Assembly (NCBI RefSeq): GCF_002105155.1
Contig: NW_019028982.1
Location: 434,001 to 498,000 of the forward strand
From: Lobosporangium transversale
Taxonomy: Eukaryota
Direction of reading: 5' to 3'
DNA: 64,000 nt
How positions within the stretch are numbered: the stretch's first letter is position 1; every line of letters begins with the position of its first letter. Below are positions 30,014 to 44,231 of this stretch, piece by piece. The notes below the pieces were generated by a model. The model did not search any database, was not told where the DNA came from, and was given only the letters and a program-made list of their open reading frames with translations. The position numbers were made by a program, and so were the translations under genes.

Positions 30014-30739
30014 GAGATAAAGAAAAAAATTCGCATACTTCCGGAGGAATGTTTATGAGGATCACTTTCGTTTAGTCTAGAGAAGGACGGTTTGTCACGT
30101 GTATGTAAGAGAACAATAAAGATGATTTCATTAACGCTACGCCTTCCTTTCTTGTCACAATTAACATAATCATTCTACGTTTCACATATCACTCTCTGGC
30201 CGGTAGGTAATTATTAACCATCTCATGACCCCATGCACCATGTTCAAGCCTTCATTCCCTTCATTCCTTCCTTGATTTTTAATTTAATATTGTCTTTACC
30301 TATTCATAAATGAAACGTCGATTATTTGTTGTGCTATTGGTTCATAAAAATAAAAAAGTATAACAGAAAAAGAGCGATTACGCTAAAAGGAAAGTGGATC
30401 TCTTCTCCACAATTGAACTCTTTTTATTTTTTTTTATTTTTTTTTATTTCATTGCTTCTCAAATGAGAACAAAGTTAATTGCAATTCTCTTGACGCCATC
30501 AACTCTGATTACATTTGGTTATTCGGAATAAAGAAAGTTGCCAAAGAACATAAAGGACTTCAAGCAACGTGGAGCTGTTTGCTTAAAAAAGACGTCTCCC
30601 TGCATGCACACGCTACACACCAAACTCATTTCAACTATGTTGCGTCATTAGTTTTCATGAAGAGTGTTGGATATCAAGACGGATAACTTGCCTCTTGATG
30701 AAAACAAACAAACAAAAAAGGTTGAGAATGGGCAAGTAA

Positions 30740-30773
<34 letters not shown>

Positions 30774-31516
30774 ATGAGCGTTGATCAATACATTAGTGCT
30801 GTTTCTGCAAACGGATATCAAGTTCTCAATGCTCAATGTTTATACCACATTACAACGATAACTTTGCATTTGTTTCCATTATAATGTCATATACATGCAA
30901 ACCGTATCTTTGCTAATGTCCTCTATTGTTTATCACCGCCCTTCAACAAATATGAGGAAATTGAGGAAATCTTATTGTTTTACTGTTGGATCAGTTACAA
31001 AAAAGTGAGACATTTTTGGGTAGTAGACAGACAATACGACTCATGACAAAAGAGAGCTGCAGATGAATTGAAGTGAATTTCCTTTTGCTTTCCCTTTCGG
31101 ACCGAGAGGGAAAAAAGAAAGATTCTATTAGATTTATGCTTACATTGCGCCTCTTTGCCTCGAACTTGACGAAGAAATGAAAGAGACCAATTGGAAAGTC
31201 TGAAAGAGTCTCCTTTATTTCATTCATTCTTCCCGATTTACGACATAAAAAGAAAATTAAGACACTCAAGCTTTTCTTTTCTTTAAATAACACGCACATT
31301 TTACTTGACCTTCTCTTACTGACAAAAGAACATTTCATCACTTCCCTCTTTCCCCTCCCGCTTTGACCAACTTCTCCCAAAACGAATACGGACGACCAAT
31401 CTTTAACTTCCCAACCCAACTGAAAATCCCCATTTTTATCACCATTTGTCATCTTCATCCTATCGTACAAAGGAGGAAACAACAAACAAACCATAACAAA
31501 GTTCAAGACGTCCGAT

Positions 31517-32338
31517 ATGAGCAACAAAAGAAATCAAACACAGGCGTTGGATAGCCCAACCTCAAGCACAAGCAACGGCGATGCTAGTCACTTAAACCAC
31601 AATGATCATTTTGACAAAAAATTCAAGCATGATCACGGTGACGGCGACGAGGATGAGGATGATGATGACGATGAGGATGCTCCCAAAGGCGGAAAGCGTG
31701 CTGGCCGAAGAAAAATCAAGATTGAATATATCGAAGACAAGAGTAGACGTCATATCACTTTTTCCAAACGCAAATCGGGCATCATGAAGAAGGTATGGTA
31801 TCCACAGCTATTCATAGTTAAAAAATCATTGAATTATTGTTATTATTATTTTTCCTACGGTTTCTACGAGTTCCCCCCTGAGCCACTAGGGCAACGTGCC
31901 GTCTTGGCCTTTTAGCTGCTCCTAATCGGAGAATGATAGTGGTTAGTTGTCTCAGTCCATGCCATGGTTACATCCGTAAATTTTTTCGGAAGCATCAGGC
32001 GATCCACTTTCCAATCCCGGAAATTCTCTTTTTGTGTGCAATTGGTTTCACATTTCTTAAACTTACTTTAGGTTGATCTCCTAGTTTAACAAAACCTCAT
32101 CTTTCGTGGTCTGCCTTCCTTTTTTGTATCTAGGCGTATGAGCTAAGCACACTCACTGGAACGCAGGTTCTGTTGCTGGTTGTCTCGGAAACAGGACTTG
32201 TCTACACCTTCACGACGCCAAAACTGCAACCTCTTGTCACAAAGGCCGAAGGCAAGAACTTAATCCAAGCATGCCTACATGCTCCTGATAAAGAAGCAAC
32301 GCCTGTAAGTTTTATATTTTTTCTGTCATGCTTGTCTC

Positions 32339-32373
<35 letters not shown>

Positions 32374-32866
32374 GTTGTCACACTCATGCTGCTGTTCTTT
32401 TTTTTTTTTTTTTTTTTTTTCTTCATTATTATAGGATGATACACCAGCAGAGCGTGAAAGCTCAGAGCCTAGACAAGGAGGCGAGTATGACGATCGTACT
32501 AGTCCTCAGGGGAATAACGCATCAGGATCATCCCAACAAAATCCATCATCACAAGCTTCGCCTCAACAACCTCAACAGTCATATCCTCCACAATCAGGGC
32601 AGCAACAACAGCCAGGGGGGTACGGTAGTTCATCAGCAATGAGTGTACCATCGTATCCACACCCTTATAGCCATATTCCATTCCCTGCACAATATAATTA
32701 TCCGTCCAATATGCATTATCAAAATGGTCCCCCACCTCCTAATGGAAATCAATACTGGTCAGGTCCTCCACCAGCAGCCTCCACAGGGGCGCAAGTATCA
32801 CCGCAGCAGTCATCACCAACAAGTGCACCACAAGCTGTAGTAGCAGGAGGGAAAAGGAGGTCATAA
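31517..32866 (+). CDS. MCM1: SRF-type MADS-box transcription factor (exons 31517-31792, 32134-32304, 32435-32866)
   Basis: GRRKIKIEYIEDKSRRHITFSKRKSGIMKK|AYELSTLTGTQVLLLVVSETGLVYTFTTPKLQPLVTKAEGKNLIQACL. Confidence 0.95.
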
Positions 32867-33239
32867 AAGTGGAATGAACAATTCTCCTATGTGAAGGACT
32901 AGTTTTATTTCGTGCTTTATTTATTCTTATTCTTACTTTTATATTATTTTTTATTCTTTGTGTTTCTCAGCCTGTGTTTTTTGTAAAAAAAAAAAAAAAA
33001 AAAAAAAAAGAATAGTGAACCGTGAAAGAACATCTTGTTTGAAAGTTGGTCTCACAAATAAAAAAAAGCATTATCAGAAAAAAACATGTTTTACATGAAA
33101 TCCTTAATGGTTTTTTATTTTTTAATTTTAATAAATGAATTCTAAATAATGCTAATGAAAGTGGGAAAAAAAAAAAATAATTCAAAAAGGTGGAATAGGC
33201 AAATGAATGTTGAAGTGGATCTTGTTTTTACTTTACTGT

Positions 33240-36200
33240 TTATGCCGATAATGATTCGACATAAGCAAGTGCTCTCCTTTTAACCTCTTCAATATGTTCT
33301 TCATCACCATGGTCCTTTTCATAAGCAAGCCACTTCTTGAAGAAGAACTTCATCTTCTTGGATGAAAGTTTCAATGATACCACTCGAGCAAACAACCGAC
33401 TAAAAAAAGAAATTTGACGACATTTAGTTTCCATTTTTCTTCCAATGTACTTGATGAATAGGAATTTTTACAATTGAAATATAAATACTTACCGGACAGC
33501 ATCTTGTTCGCCGTTACGGATTTCCATATCAATATAGATGGACCAAAGATCAATACGTTTAGGATAATTAGACATGACACCTTCAAAGATGGTTCGTCCG
33601 CGTTCTGGTTCACCATACTTGAACTCGAGCTGTGCAAATTTGGAGATTGTCTTGATATGCTTCCGTTTAGGTAAAGATTTCAAGCTACGCTGAAGTAATT
33701 CACGTCCAGCTTCCAAGTTGCCATGATGCAATTGAAAATGACCAAAGCCTGTCCATACTTTTGAACTCTGACCAAATTTCTTAGTCATAGTATTATAAAG
33801 TTCGGTTGCCAGCTACAAAATTATCAAGAAGGAATAATATTAATACACTGTGCTGTAAAGAAAATATATTAATAGTTTACATTGTGGTCATTAAAATTTA
33901 AAAAAGAAGACCGCGGACTTACATCAGTCTTATTAGATCGCTCGTAAATCTTGACCAGTTGAAGATAGACCTTCTTGGGCTCGCATGTCTGAACAGCATT
34001 CTTAAATACCTCCTCCAAGGTGTCAGAGCTGCCAAAAGTGTTTTCCAAGTTCATCAGAGCCACCCATACATTCATCTTCTCTTGTTCCTCCCTAAAGCTG
34101 ATGGTCTTGAGTGCACGCTGTCCAATTTCGCGCGCCTTGTTGATCTCTGACAGCTGAAGCTGGAATGCCATGTAGTTAATCCACAAGTATGAAGAGTTGG
34201 GTGACCCAAGCAACAGTCGCTCATAATCTGCTGCTACTTGGGGTGCCTGTGATTGCAAATCCTCAGTCTCATCGCTCACAATGACTGCTTGCTTCTTTGA
34301 CTTCTTTTTCTTACTTGATCGTGTATCATCGTCAGAGTCGTCAGTATCACTATTATCGCTTTCATTGTTTTCCTCCACATCATCCTTGCCGTCCCAGTTG
34401 AATCCAGATGTAACAGCCAATGGTGAAGCATCAATCATTTCGACATCACTATCATCACCCTTGAAGGCCTTGCTTTGTTCTTCCTGGTCTTCTTCTTCGT
34501 CCTCATCTGCAGAGTCGCTATCAACATGTCCTGCGAAAATATTATCCACTTCTTCGTTTTCATATTCGTCATCATCACTGTCAGAGTCTGAATTGTTCAT
34601 GTTAATATCAATGTCACTTGTGCCTTCCATCTCTACATCAGATCCAGCCTCTACCATTTCTTCATCCTCATCCTCATCCTCATCCTCATCTTCAGCATCA
34701 GCATCTTCAAAGTATGAAGATTTGAGACCAAAAGAAATACGCTTCTTCTCGAGGTCAATATCCAAGATCTTGGCCTTAACAGGATCACCGACCGCATACA
34801 ACTTGGAAACATCAGGAACGCGGTTCTCTGAGATTTCAGAAATATGGCAGAGACCACTAACATTGCTGTTATCAATCTTGATAAAGACACCAATGTCCTT
34901 AACGGCCTTAATCGTACCCTTGATCTTCTGACCCTTGGTAAAATCAGCAAGAGTTTGGGCGGCTTTGAAACTGGGATCAATTTGACTGGCCTTTAGTGTC
35001 AGCTCAATCTGGTTACGATCCTCGTTCAAGCTGACGACTTTAGCCTTAACAAGTTGACCCACTGTAAAATTGCTCTTCCAATCCTTTAGATAATCATCCG
35101 AGAGCTCCGCAATCTTGACACGTCCACTCAGCTTAGGACTCAAAGCAACGAACAATCCTTTATCAGCCACGTTGCTTACAAACCCCTGAAGAATGCCTCC
35201 AGCAGCCATATCAGCAAAGCCCTTGACTTCTGGATCGTGAACTGGAGAATGTTCTTCAGGCGATAGACGTGAATGACGGAGAGAGAGATCAATCTTCTTA
35301 TTGCTGCTGTCAACACTGAGGACAAAGCACTTGAGGATTTGTCCCTTTTTGAAGCCACCCAAAAGCTTATCAGAGTCTGCATAGACATCAGAAATATGAG
35401 TCAAATGGACACGACCAAAGACCTTACCACCCAAGTGGATATCTAGTCCAGCATGCTGAATACCTCCGACACGGCCGGAAACAATGGAGCCTTCCTTTAC
35501 ATCTTCAAACTTGTCAATTGGCGTAACTTTAGTTTTCTTCTTGTCCTTGTTGTTATCCTTATCTTTTGTGGCCGAGGTAGTTGGCTCGACAACGAGAATG
35601 ACACGCTCAGCTGTCTGCCCTTTACCCTGCGACTTGGGAACATATGCAACCACGGTCTTGACCTTCTCTCCAACTTTGTAGCTGATGAAGCGATCCTTTC
35701 TGTTGTTGAATGAGCGCGTGGCTGCAAATGCAATCATGTTATTGAACTGAGGGATCGAAAGTACAATATAGTCGTCCTTGACCAACTCGATAACTGCTTC
35801 GATAGTTTCCTGTGACTTGTTAAGAGCAGCTAGACTCATAAACTGCTTTGAAAGCTTGCTGTTCGAGACTTTACCGGCGTTAGCCTCCTTAGATTCTTCT
35901 TCCGAAATGAGTGAATCCTTAAGGGAAAAGTCAACGGTCTCCTTTTCAAAGTCGATATCAAGGACCTTGGCAACACATTTCAGCCCGACTTTACCCTTGA
36001 TACCCTTGGTATGATCAACTGCCACGAGACCAGTCTTGCTGTTGTCACCATAGGAAACGGTCCATTGATCTGCCGTTACATTCTTGATCTCGACCATTGT
36101 GCATGCTCCAATAGAGAGCGCCGCGTCGTCTTTCTTTGCTAAGCGCTCTAGTTGTCTAAAGTAAGATCCTAAGAACTCACCCTGGAACATGATCGACTCT

Positions 36201-36757
36201 ACAGAGCCATTGTTGACCTCTGAAGGCTTGAGAGTCACTTCAGTCTTGCCACTTTCAGGGTCAATCTTGGTCACCTTGATCAAGACTGACTGGTCCTTGA
36301 TAAACGCAGTGTCGGATATGTCTGAAAGTGAATGACGGAAGGCGAGGGCCTCAATCCTATTGGCAAATTCTACGAAGACACCAAATTTGGCGACTTGACG
36401 GACAAAGGCTGCATAGACATGGCCTTCTTTGAGGTCCTCGCGCTTCGTAACGAGACTATTGAGCTTCGCAGCCATCACCAATGAGGGCTTCTTACTGACT
36501 TGGACGTTTCCGCGTTTTTCATCTTGATTCAGCACAACCAAATCTGAAAGGATCATTCCTTCCTTCATACTATTATAAATACGCTCGGCTTGCTCGCCAA
36601 GATGGTCAGACAGATGGGCGACGCTGAGGACAGCTTTGGTTTCTGAAGGTTTGAGAGTCAGATGGATGATATTATTCTTGATAGCAACAACCTTTCCTTT
36701 ATGAATCGATCCAACGGGAGCAGAGCTTAAGTCGGTCTCCGATGATTTCTATTTAGT

Positions 36758-36793
<36 letters not shown>

Positions 36794-39129
36794 ATCAGAA
36801 GATAAGTTCCTGGCGAATGCCTTTTTTTTTTTTTTTTTTTTTTTTACCTTGAAAGACACCTTCATTCGTTGCTCTTCAGTATCAACTCCAAGAATACGAC
36901 ATGTCTTAACTTGACCCGGCTGGAAGATTTCGAGATTGTTGACATGTGACTCCTGAAGCTCAGAAATATGAGCAAAAGCTTTGATATTGTTATAGAAGGA
37001 GACGATACATCCGTAGGCATTGGTTTTCATAATGACTCCATCTGAAAAAGTACCGGGCTCCACACCTTCCAAAGAGGTAATGATAGGGAGTTTGCTGTTG
37101 ATTAATGAGTCCTTGCAAGTCAAAATGACTTTGTTATCCGTAGGGTCAGTGGAGAGAACTCTACATTTGACGGTTTTTCCTTCTTTAAATTTGTCATCGA
37201 TGTGTTTCTTGGTGCTACTGCTAATGACCGAGTCAACGCAGTGTATGAGAGGAACAAAGCCTTTGATATTCTTGGCCAAGTTGACGACAACACCCTTGTC
37301 ATTACTCTTGACAACCGTACCCTTGATAATAGATCCAACCTTAATGTCATCCACGCGAAGGAATGGTTGGTCAATGACGGAGCTTTGCAAGCTTAGTTGA
37401 AATATGCCATCTACGGGATCATACCCGACAACCATACCACGATGTACAGAGCCCAGCTTGAATTTGCCAACGGCGGAGATGTTGGTGAGACGTTCGTCTG
37501 ACACACGTGAGATGTGTACATATCCTGGAATATCGATTCCTTCAATCTCGCAAAGTAGGCCATGACGAGCATCAATACGTTTAACAGTAATGGTGTCGAA
37601 CGAGCGGCCAATAGGAATGGCTTTTTCGGGGTAAACTTTAGATCCAATCTCTGCCTCTGTGGTGTTAGGCTGAGTCAAGCCCATGACATGTTTAGCAGTG
37701 GAAAGTCCGATCTTTGTGGGATGGCTTGCCAAATCAATGTATAGAACTCTAGCCTTGATTTTGTCATTAATTTTGATAACTTCCTCCAGTTGTTTCTTTG
37801 ATTCAATTATTCCATGAGCTGTGTGGAAATAGTCGATTGTAGCGTCGAAATGGCCCATAAACTTGCATACAGCCCCAATATCCTGAATCTCTGTGACATG
37901 CGCTTCGACGACGTCACCGGGCATGATTGATCCGATCTCCGAGAAAGAAAAGTTGTCAGCAAGCTGGAGATTTGTAGCGAAAACAAGAGGTATGAATGAT
38001 AAAAGATAAAGAAAAGGGAGGATTAGGCTTGAAAAATAGATAGATTTATAAAAAAGACAAACAACAAAAGTTCATATGAAGGTTTTACGTACAGTGGCCC
38101 TAGAAACCTTCAAAGAGTCGACGGTAAGTTGAACAATCTTCTTGTTAGACTCAACTGACAGGACACTAAAAGTGAGAACTTGACCCACAGACAATGGCTT
38201 ATCATTGTTCTTGATGCGTTGATACATTTTTGCTTCAGAATTTTTTAGGAATCCATGCATGCCATTCATTCCAAACGTGACGATATAACCGTGATCCTCA
38301 ATGCTTTGAATAGCCCCAGAAATAAGCTATGTTCGCAGATTCATGTCACGAAAAAAAAAAAAAAAAAAAAAAGTTAAAGTAATCTAATGGCATGATATCC
38401 AATTGAATAACGGCATATCCATTTTAAAAAAAGAATACAGAGGATTAAAGCTTTGATGCATCGCATACCGTTCCTGATGAGATATCAACAGGCTTAATTC
38501 CCGCATTGACGATAAATGGCTTCATGCTCAAAAAGATCTTGCGCCTATGTTTATCACTACCGGACGCTGCGGCACCACCAGAAGCACCCTGTTGCAATCC
38601 AATAATGACGCATTGGATCCACTGTCCCACAAAAAAATAGTCATTCAGGTCTGGGAGGCTATCTCTTGATTCCTGAATCAATTCATCGGAGATTTCTGAA
38701 ATGTTCAAAAATCCAATGAGGTTGTTTGGAAGAGCAACGACCAACTCTGGCAAGTTATCCCGTCCGTGTGTGATCTTGGTAATGCATCCAAGTAGTTTTG
38801 TGCCTTCAATAAGACGCTAAAATCACAAAGATATCAGCCGAAAAGAAAAAATAAAATCATCTTTTCCCTCTACACATTATAGATCAACTAAAGGAGAAAA
38901 AAAAAAGCCTTCCTGCCAATTGTAGTGCAAATATACCTTAAAGGACAAGATCTCAACTCTATGCTTCTTGTTATCGAATGTATTTTCAAAATTAACGGGG
39001 GCAGATTTCTTCATAGATTTATGTTTTTTCTTGGGATGTCCTGTATCTGAGCTTTTTGAAGTTTGTGCTCCAGATTCCTGTGGAAATAAATACGAATTAA
39101 TAGTCAAGTTTTGAAGCAGCACAATTGAA

Positions 39130-39165
<36 letters not shown>

Positions 39166-39311
39166 CTTACAGAGAAAAGCGAGCTATCCACTTGATGAGC
39201 GATCTCTTTATATTCAAGTGGAGTAAGCCCCGTAGCACCACCACGAGGAAAATCCTCTTCCTCTTTCTGTTTACGCTTTGTCACTGGCGCCTTGTACTCT
39301 TTTGATGACAT
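33240..39311 (-). CDS. RRP5: rRNA biogenesis protein Rrp5 (S1 repeats plus C-terminal HAT/TPR; multi-exon)
   Basis: EEDFPRGG N-terminus, multiple S1 domains, acidic linker, PNSSYLWINYMAFQLQLSEI, FREEQEKMNVW, KKMKFFFKKWL. Confidence 0.97.
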
Positions 39312-39720
39312 GTCTGTTATAGGTATTTAAGTGAAGTATAATAAGAAATAAAAATAAAAAAAAAAAAGAATTTATACAAGAGAGAATAGGCTAAATGAAT
39401 AAATGAATATGAGAAATGAATGACAGCTCTGACGGTAGTGTCTTCAATAGAGGGAAATAGAAAGTGTCGTTTGTTACTACCCGCAGAGACTGACGAGAGG
39501 ACAAAGAAGAGTTAAAGCTTTTTTTTTTTTTTTTTTTTTTTTTTGAAAAATAAATATGTGACGACTTATCAAGATGGGTATCACAGTCGCATAGTGGCTT
39601 GTTTTTGACCCATTGCTCTCATTGCGGAATTGCTTGACACGACTTCGGCTAGAATCACTGCATTGAGGACAACGGAGCTTGATTGCTGGAAAAATAAAAT
39701 AAAAAAATAAAGGGAACAAA

Positions 39721-41142
39721 ATGGCCAGCCCGATGGATTTCTTTGAAATGTTATTGGAGAACAGTCTCAACAATGAAGGCGCACCGACTGTTCCTGGAGA
39801 TAACAATGGAGACCCAGGAGCGTTCATGAACCTTACTCAAGGGCAATATGAAACCCTCATGGCGCTTTATCGCGATGTGGATCCTGACCTTGCAACAAAA
39901 GTGCCTATCTTATACCCTGAACTGGCACGCAATTTTGCGAAGCACCATGAGGATTGCCAGTCAGAGCTATTCAAACTCAGATGGGGCCCAAAGAAATATG
40001 TAAAAGAGCTGGAGTATCTATGGGAGAGCCTCCACAAAGTCGGTCAAGAATTTGCCAACAATGAATGCGATACCGAAAAGACTCGCAAACGCCTCAAATT
40101 GAAGCCACCGGGTACTCCAATGGATCAGCTGAAGAACGTCGAAGAAGTCATGGACCTTGGCATGCTCTATGCATGTTTGTCTGCTAATTCAAATGTGTCT
40201 TTATTGACTCTGCCTCACTTCCGAGAGGGCAAGGCCTATTACGACTACGCAATCGAAAAATTTAAGCATTCATGGGCGGCATTGCAAGTAGGGTCCCTAT
40301 ACATGGCAGAGTTCAAAAAATTCAACAGGAAACATTGTTTGGAAAGCGAGGATCCAGAACGGATAGCTTTTGAATATAACCTTAAGGCGGCAGAGCTTGG
40401 TAACCCCACGGGTATGTACAGAGTAGCCAAGTATTACGAAGAGAAGCTAGGTAAGCTAGATAAAGCAATGGAATGGTACGTCGAAGCAGCTAGTCATGGC
40501 TACCCAGACTCGGCCTACAAGCTGGCAATGCTCTATCAAGAGGGTAGACCTGATGCCACCCCCAAGGTAGAGGTTGACCTTGATAAGGCGATTGGTTATC
40601 ATATCCGTGCCCTGGAATATGGATATGGTGCGTCCGGAACTGAGCTTGGACGTTTTTTCTTCCGACTATCAACTGATGATGAATTCCGTCAACAGTTCCC
40701 TACGACAAGTCAATATTATTCTTCGGACCCAAAGAAATACTTGGAGATGGCGATTACACATTTGAACGAGTCAAACCATCTGCTGGAGGTCGAATCGCTT
40801 CAATTACTAGGAAAAATCTACAGTACAAAGGAGTACGGACGATATGATATTGAGAACTCTCAGAACTTGTATGAGCTGGCGTTCATATCGGCAAACGGCA
40901 GTGAAAAATCTTATGAACTCCTTTGCAACATCCTTCGAGTCAAGAAAGCCGGCATGCAAGTAGAACCTCAGCAAGTAGACTCTCTGGGACTTCGGAAATG
41001 CGGGGCCCGGGGCTGTGAAAACAAAGAGATAAAAATAGACCAGTTCCAACGATGTGCTAAATGCAAAAAGGTGTTCTACTGCTCGCGCAACTGTCAAGTT
41101 GAGGATTGGAAGGCGCGCCACAAGCTGCACTGCAAGAAGTGA
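39721..41142 (+). CDS. Sel1-like repeat protein with C-terminal MYND zinc finger (intronless)
   Basis: SLR repeats (AFEYNLKAAELGNPTGMYRVA, KAMEWYVEAASHGYPDSAYKLAMLY) and CGARGC...RCAKCKKVFYCSRNCQVEDWKARHKLHC. Confidence 0.9.
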   Translation: MASPMDFFEMLLENSLNNEGAPTVPGDNNGDPGAFMNLTQGQYETLMALYRDVDPDLATKVPILYPELARNFAKHHEDCQSELFKLRWGPKKYVKELEYLWESLHKVGQEFANNECDTEKTRKRLKLKPPGTPMDQLKNVEEVMDLGMLYACLSANSNVSLLTLPHFREGKAYYDYAIEKFKHSWAALQVGSLYMAEFKKFNRKHCLESEDPERIAFEYNLKAAELGNPTGMYRVAKYYEEKLGKLDKAMEWYVEAASHGYPDSAYKLAMLYQEGRPDATPKVEVDLDKAIGYHIRALEYGYGASGTELGRFFFRLSTDDEFRQQFPTTSQYYSSDPKKYLEMAITHLNESNHLLEVESLQLLGKIYSTKEYGRYDIENSQNLYELAFISANGSEKSYELLCNILRVKKAGMQVEPQQVDSLGLRKCGARGCENKEIKIDQFQRCAKCKKVFYCSRNCQVEDWKARHKLHCKK

Positions 41143-43653
41143 AAAAAAATACAAAAGGCATTTTATACATGTCCCTTTATGAATAAAATGTATGAATAAA
41201 TCTTATAACCTTCTATTGTTTATCTGACGAAGTGTAAATGTTAATTGTCTTTTGTTTATTCGACGAATGGTTTTGAAAGCGCCACCAACTTTAAGTTTCT
41301 TTTAGTGTGAGGGTCGGTCAGCGCACAAACCGCTAAAAGTACTGTGGATTTGTCATTCATCAATGGATATTGACCCTCTCAGTGCGGACAATTTTTTATA
41401 AAAAAGGCAGTGCCACGACATGGCTGGTAATCTTTAGTTAAGGCAATCTTTAGAATTATGATATCGTCATTTCAGGAAAACTGTGGATTGCAACGCAACA
41501 GGTCGTTTTTCAGCTGCACAGACCTGCCTAAAATCCAGGCACACTCAGGGCAATATCTAGTCTTTGCACTGCCAAATGATGTCTTTATCCATTAGCAGGA
41601 CGTAAGAAAGTGTATTTAGGCATATCAGGAGCATAGATAATGGCGATCAAATATATTACATGTGAACGACGTCTCAGTAATGTTTGTTCACAATGACAGT
41701 GCTTTATACTCTTTGTACGAAAACTTTTCATGTCTCCAAGATTCGAGGAGTGACTATGGTGCCACAAGGTCCATGTGAACTTTACAAATGTCTTCCCTTT
41801 GCAGACAACTGTATCTAGGAACACCAAGTCCTAAAGAGCAAGAGAAGCAATGAGGCAAAAATCTGGTTCTATTTAAATATTTCCTACTCAATTATGAGAC
41901 CAAAGCAGATTGGACCAATAGGCGGACTTTGTTTAAAAAAGACTCCCTTTTTCTTTTCCACCCCCGTAGCAGAAGCCGGTGACGTGAAGCTGTTGGCTGA
42001 CTGATGACAGTTCTGCTTAAATAGATAGCTATTCTTGCACCGTGTGGAGGTGCCATCCGTATTCATTATACATGCGCCCACCAGGCTTAGGATTGAGCAG
42101 ACAAAGTTCGGTTCGAAAGGAATTGGTTAATCCTAGCAAAAAAAAAAAAAAAAAAAAAAAAACTAAGTTATCCCGCAATAATAAATAATCATTTGCCACG
42201 CCTCTCATTTCTATTTATTCATTTCCTTCGTCATTCACTTTTTATAAACATCTGTCATCTGAACTTTTCTTTTTTTATTCCTCTTCGTATTCAGAAACAT
42301 TCATCAACACACATCTTTTTCATACTCGAATCATCCTCATATCCACATTTACACACCATTACCACTTTTCCTTTGTATTTGTGTTCATCCACTTTTTCTT
42401 ATATCTTACTCTTTATTCCTTAGCGGTAGGTCTTATATTAATTGACTTTTATCATCACTCCAATCAATTCATGTAGCCTTTCACCTTCCTTGTCACAGTC
42501 ATTCCTGTGTCAAGGAGGGAAATAATAATGACAATGATTATTAAATCACACATGGATGATTAATTCTCTCAATGAAGGATACACATGCACTTTTTTTAAA
42601 CTTTTTTCCTTCCAATGTTCAGAGTGGATGATGGTGTTCAATTTGTGTCCATACTGGAGGCTTGGGTGTCATTCGTACCCTGAATACATTGGTCTTTTGC
42701 ATTTTTTTAAAAAAAAAAACAAATGGGTGACCAAGCTGTTGTTTTTGCATGGGCCGCATCAAATCATCAAATGTGGCATTATTATTATTATTATTTTCTT
42801 CATCATTGCGGTTTTGATCCAAAAAGGTATTTTTAAGCAATCGCAGATAAAGATCAGCTGATCCGATGTCCACCCCCTCGCCCATTCATTCTCGTCGCTC
42901 TCACACATACTCTCTCTCCTGTAATCCCATTCTGTCACATCGTCACCTCTTTTACCTCCTTTTGGTGTTCTGGATTTTTCTCTTCTTTTCAGCTTTATAC
43001 AAAAAAAAAATAACATTAAGCATGGATATTTTTTTAGCTTGAGCTTTTTTTTTGAGCAAAGATGACCTGCAGTCAGGCATTTCTTATTAAAAGAGGATTT
43101 GTCCATGGTTGAAACGTGATACTTCATAACACCAATGTTTCAAAACATATCTGAACAAAGTATGGAGCAGATCAATCCAAATGAAATACATTGCCAGATA
43201 CAGTCGTTAGTTCTCCAGAAGCGAAAGAGAGAATGGAACTTTAGATGAATGCTATCTGTGTGTATATCATTTCTAGTTTGTCTATGACGATGTATCCAGG
43301 TCTAAGTCGAATGTGGGCAATGGTTGAATTGAGTGAATTTTTATTTCTCTTGCGTGTCTCCTTTTTTGCTTCCGCTTTTTATTGTTTCTTTTTCCTTTCC
43401 TCCATCCAACTCTCTTTTGCCAGTCCTGATTCTTTTTTCAGTCTCAATTTATCCCTCTTTTTGTATTTTATCATCCTTTGATCATCTAATCACTCATCTG
43501 CACTTCCACATCTCTCATCTCCTGTAATACTAATAATTACTGCATCAATCGTCTGTCCCAACACTCCCGATATATCAAAGTATTAGCAGATAATAACGTA
43601 TTTGCTCCTAAGCGAGGTCAAAAACTTAATCGACAGTATCTCGACACCAATCA

Positions 43654-44196
43654 ATGACCATGGAATTGAGAGTGGGCAACAAGTACAGAATAGGCCGTAA
43701 AATCGGTTCTGGCTCCTTTGGCGACATCTATCTTGGTAAGCAAAAAAATAATAATTTTATAAAACTTGTATCGGCAATAAGTATAGTTTTTAGTGTGTAT
43801 TGTCCACACAGGAATCTCTTGGCAATGATGCCGCTCTTTTTTTTCCCCGTCCTTTAAGCTCAAACAATTGCACCGCCAAATCACTGTTGTTCTTGCATTT
43901 ATCACGCATAAATTACCACTTGAAATGAGATATGTACTTTGCTACTATCCTATGGCTCATCTTGGCTCAGAATTATCGCTCCAAAGCATGCGTTTTCAAC
44001 ATTATATGTTTGACGCATGCTTTCTAATTACTACTCCAGCCAATTTATCGAGAAACAAGGTGGTGTAGAGCCACTTCAAGCTAGTTTCTTACCCATGAGT
44101 GCGATATAAGTTTGCATTTTAAATGAAGTAATAGGAGAGCACAACAGGCCGAAAAAAGGATGTGGGTGGCCCATGTCTTGCTCTTCATTCGATCCT

Positions 44197-44231
<35 letters not shown>

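Noticed and set aside
34281..34931. 216-aa Ser-rich plus-strand ORF
   Set aside because: Antisense shadow of the acidic linker of RRP5.
41200..42120. Moderate-GC intergenic stretch with fragments such as VTGFCYGGG (dienelactone-hydrolase-like) and WQCKD/KNCPH (F-box/LRR-like) on the minus strand
   Set aside because: Isolated short motifs with no collinear support; possibly a relic, but I cannot assign it without BLASTX.
42560..43130. Short overlapping ORFs upstream of casein kinase 1
   Set aside because: Low complexity, no consistent splice pattern or motif.
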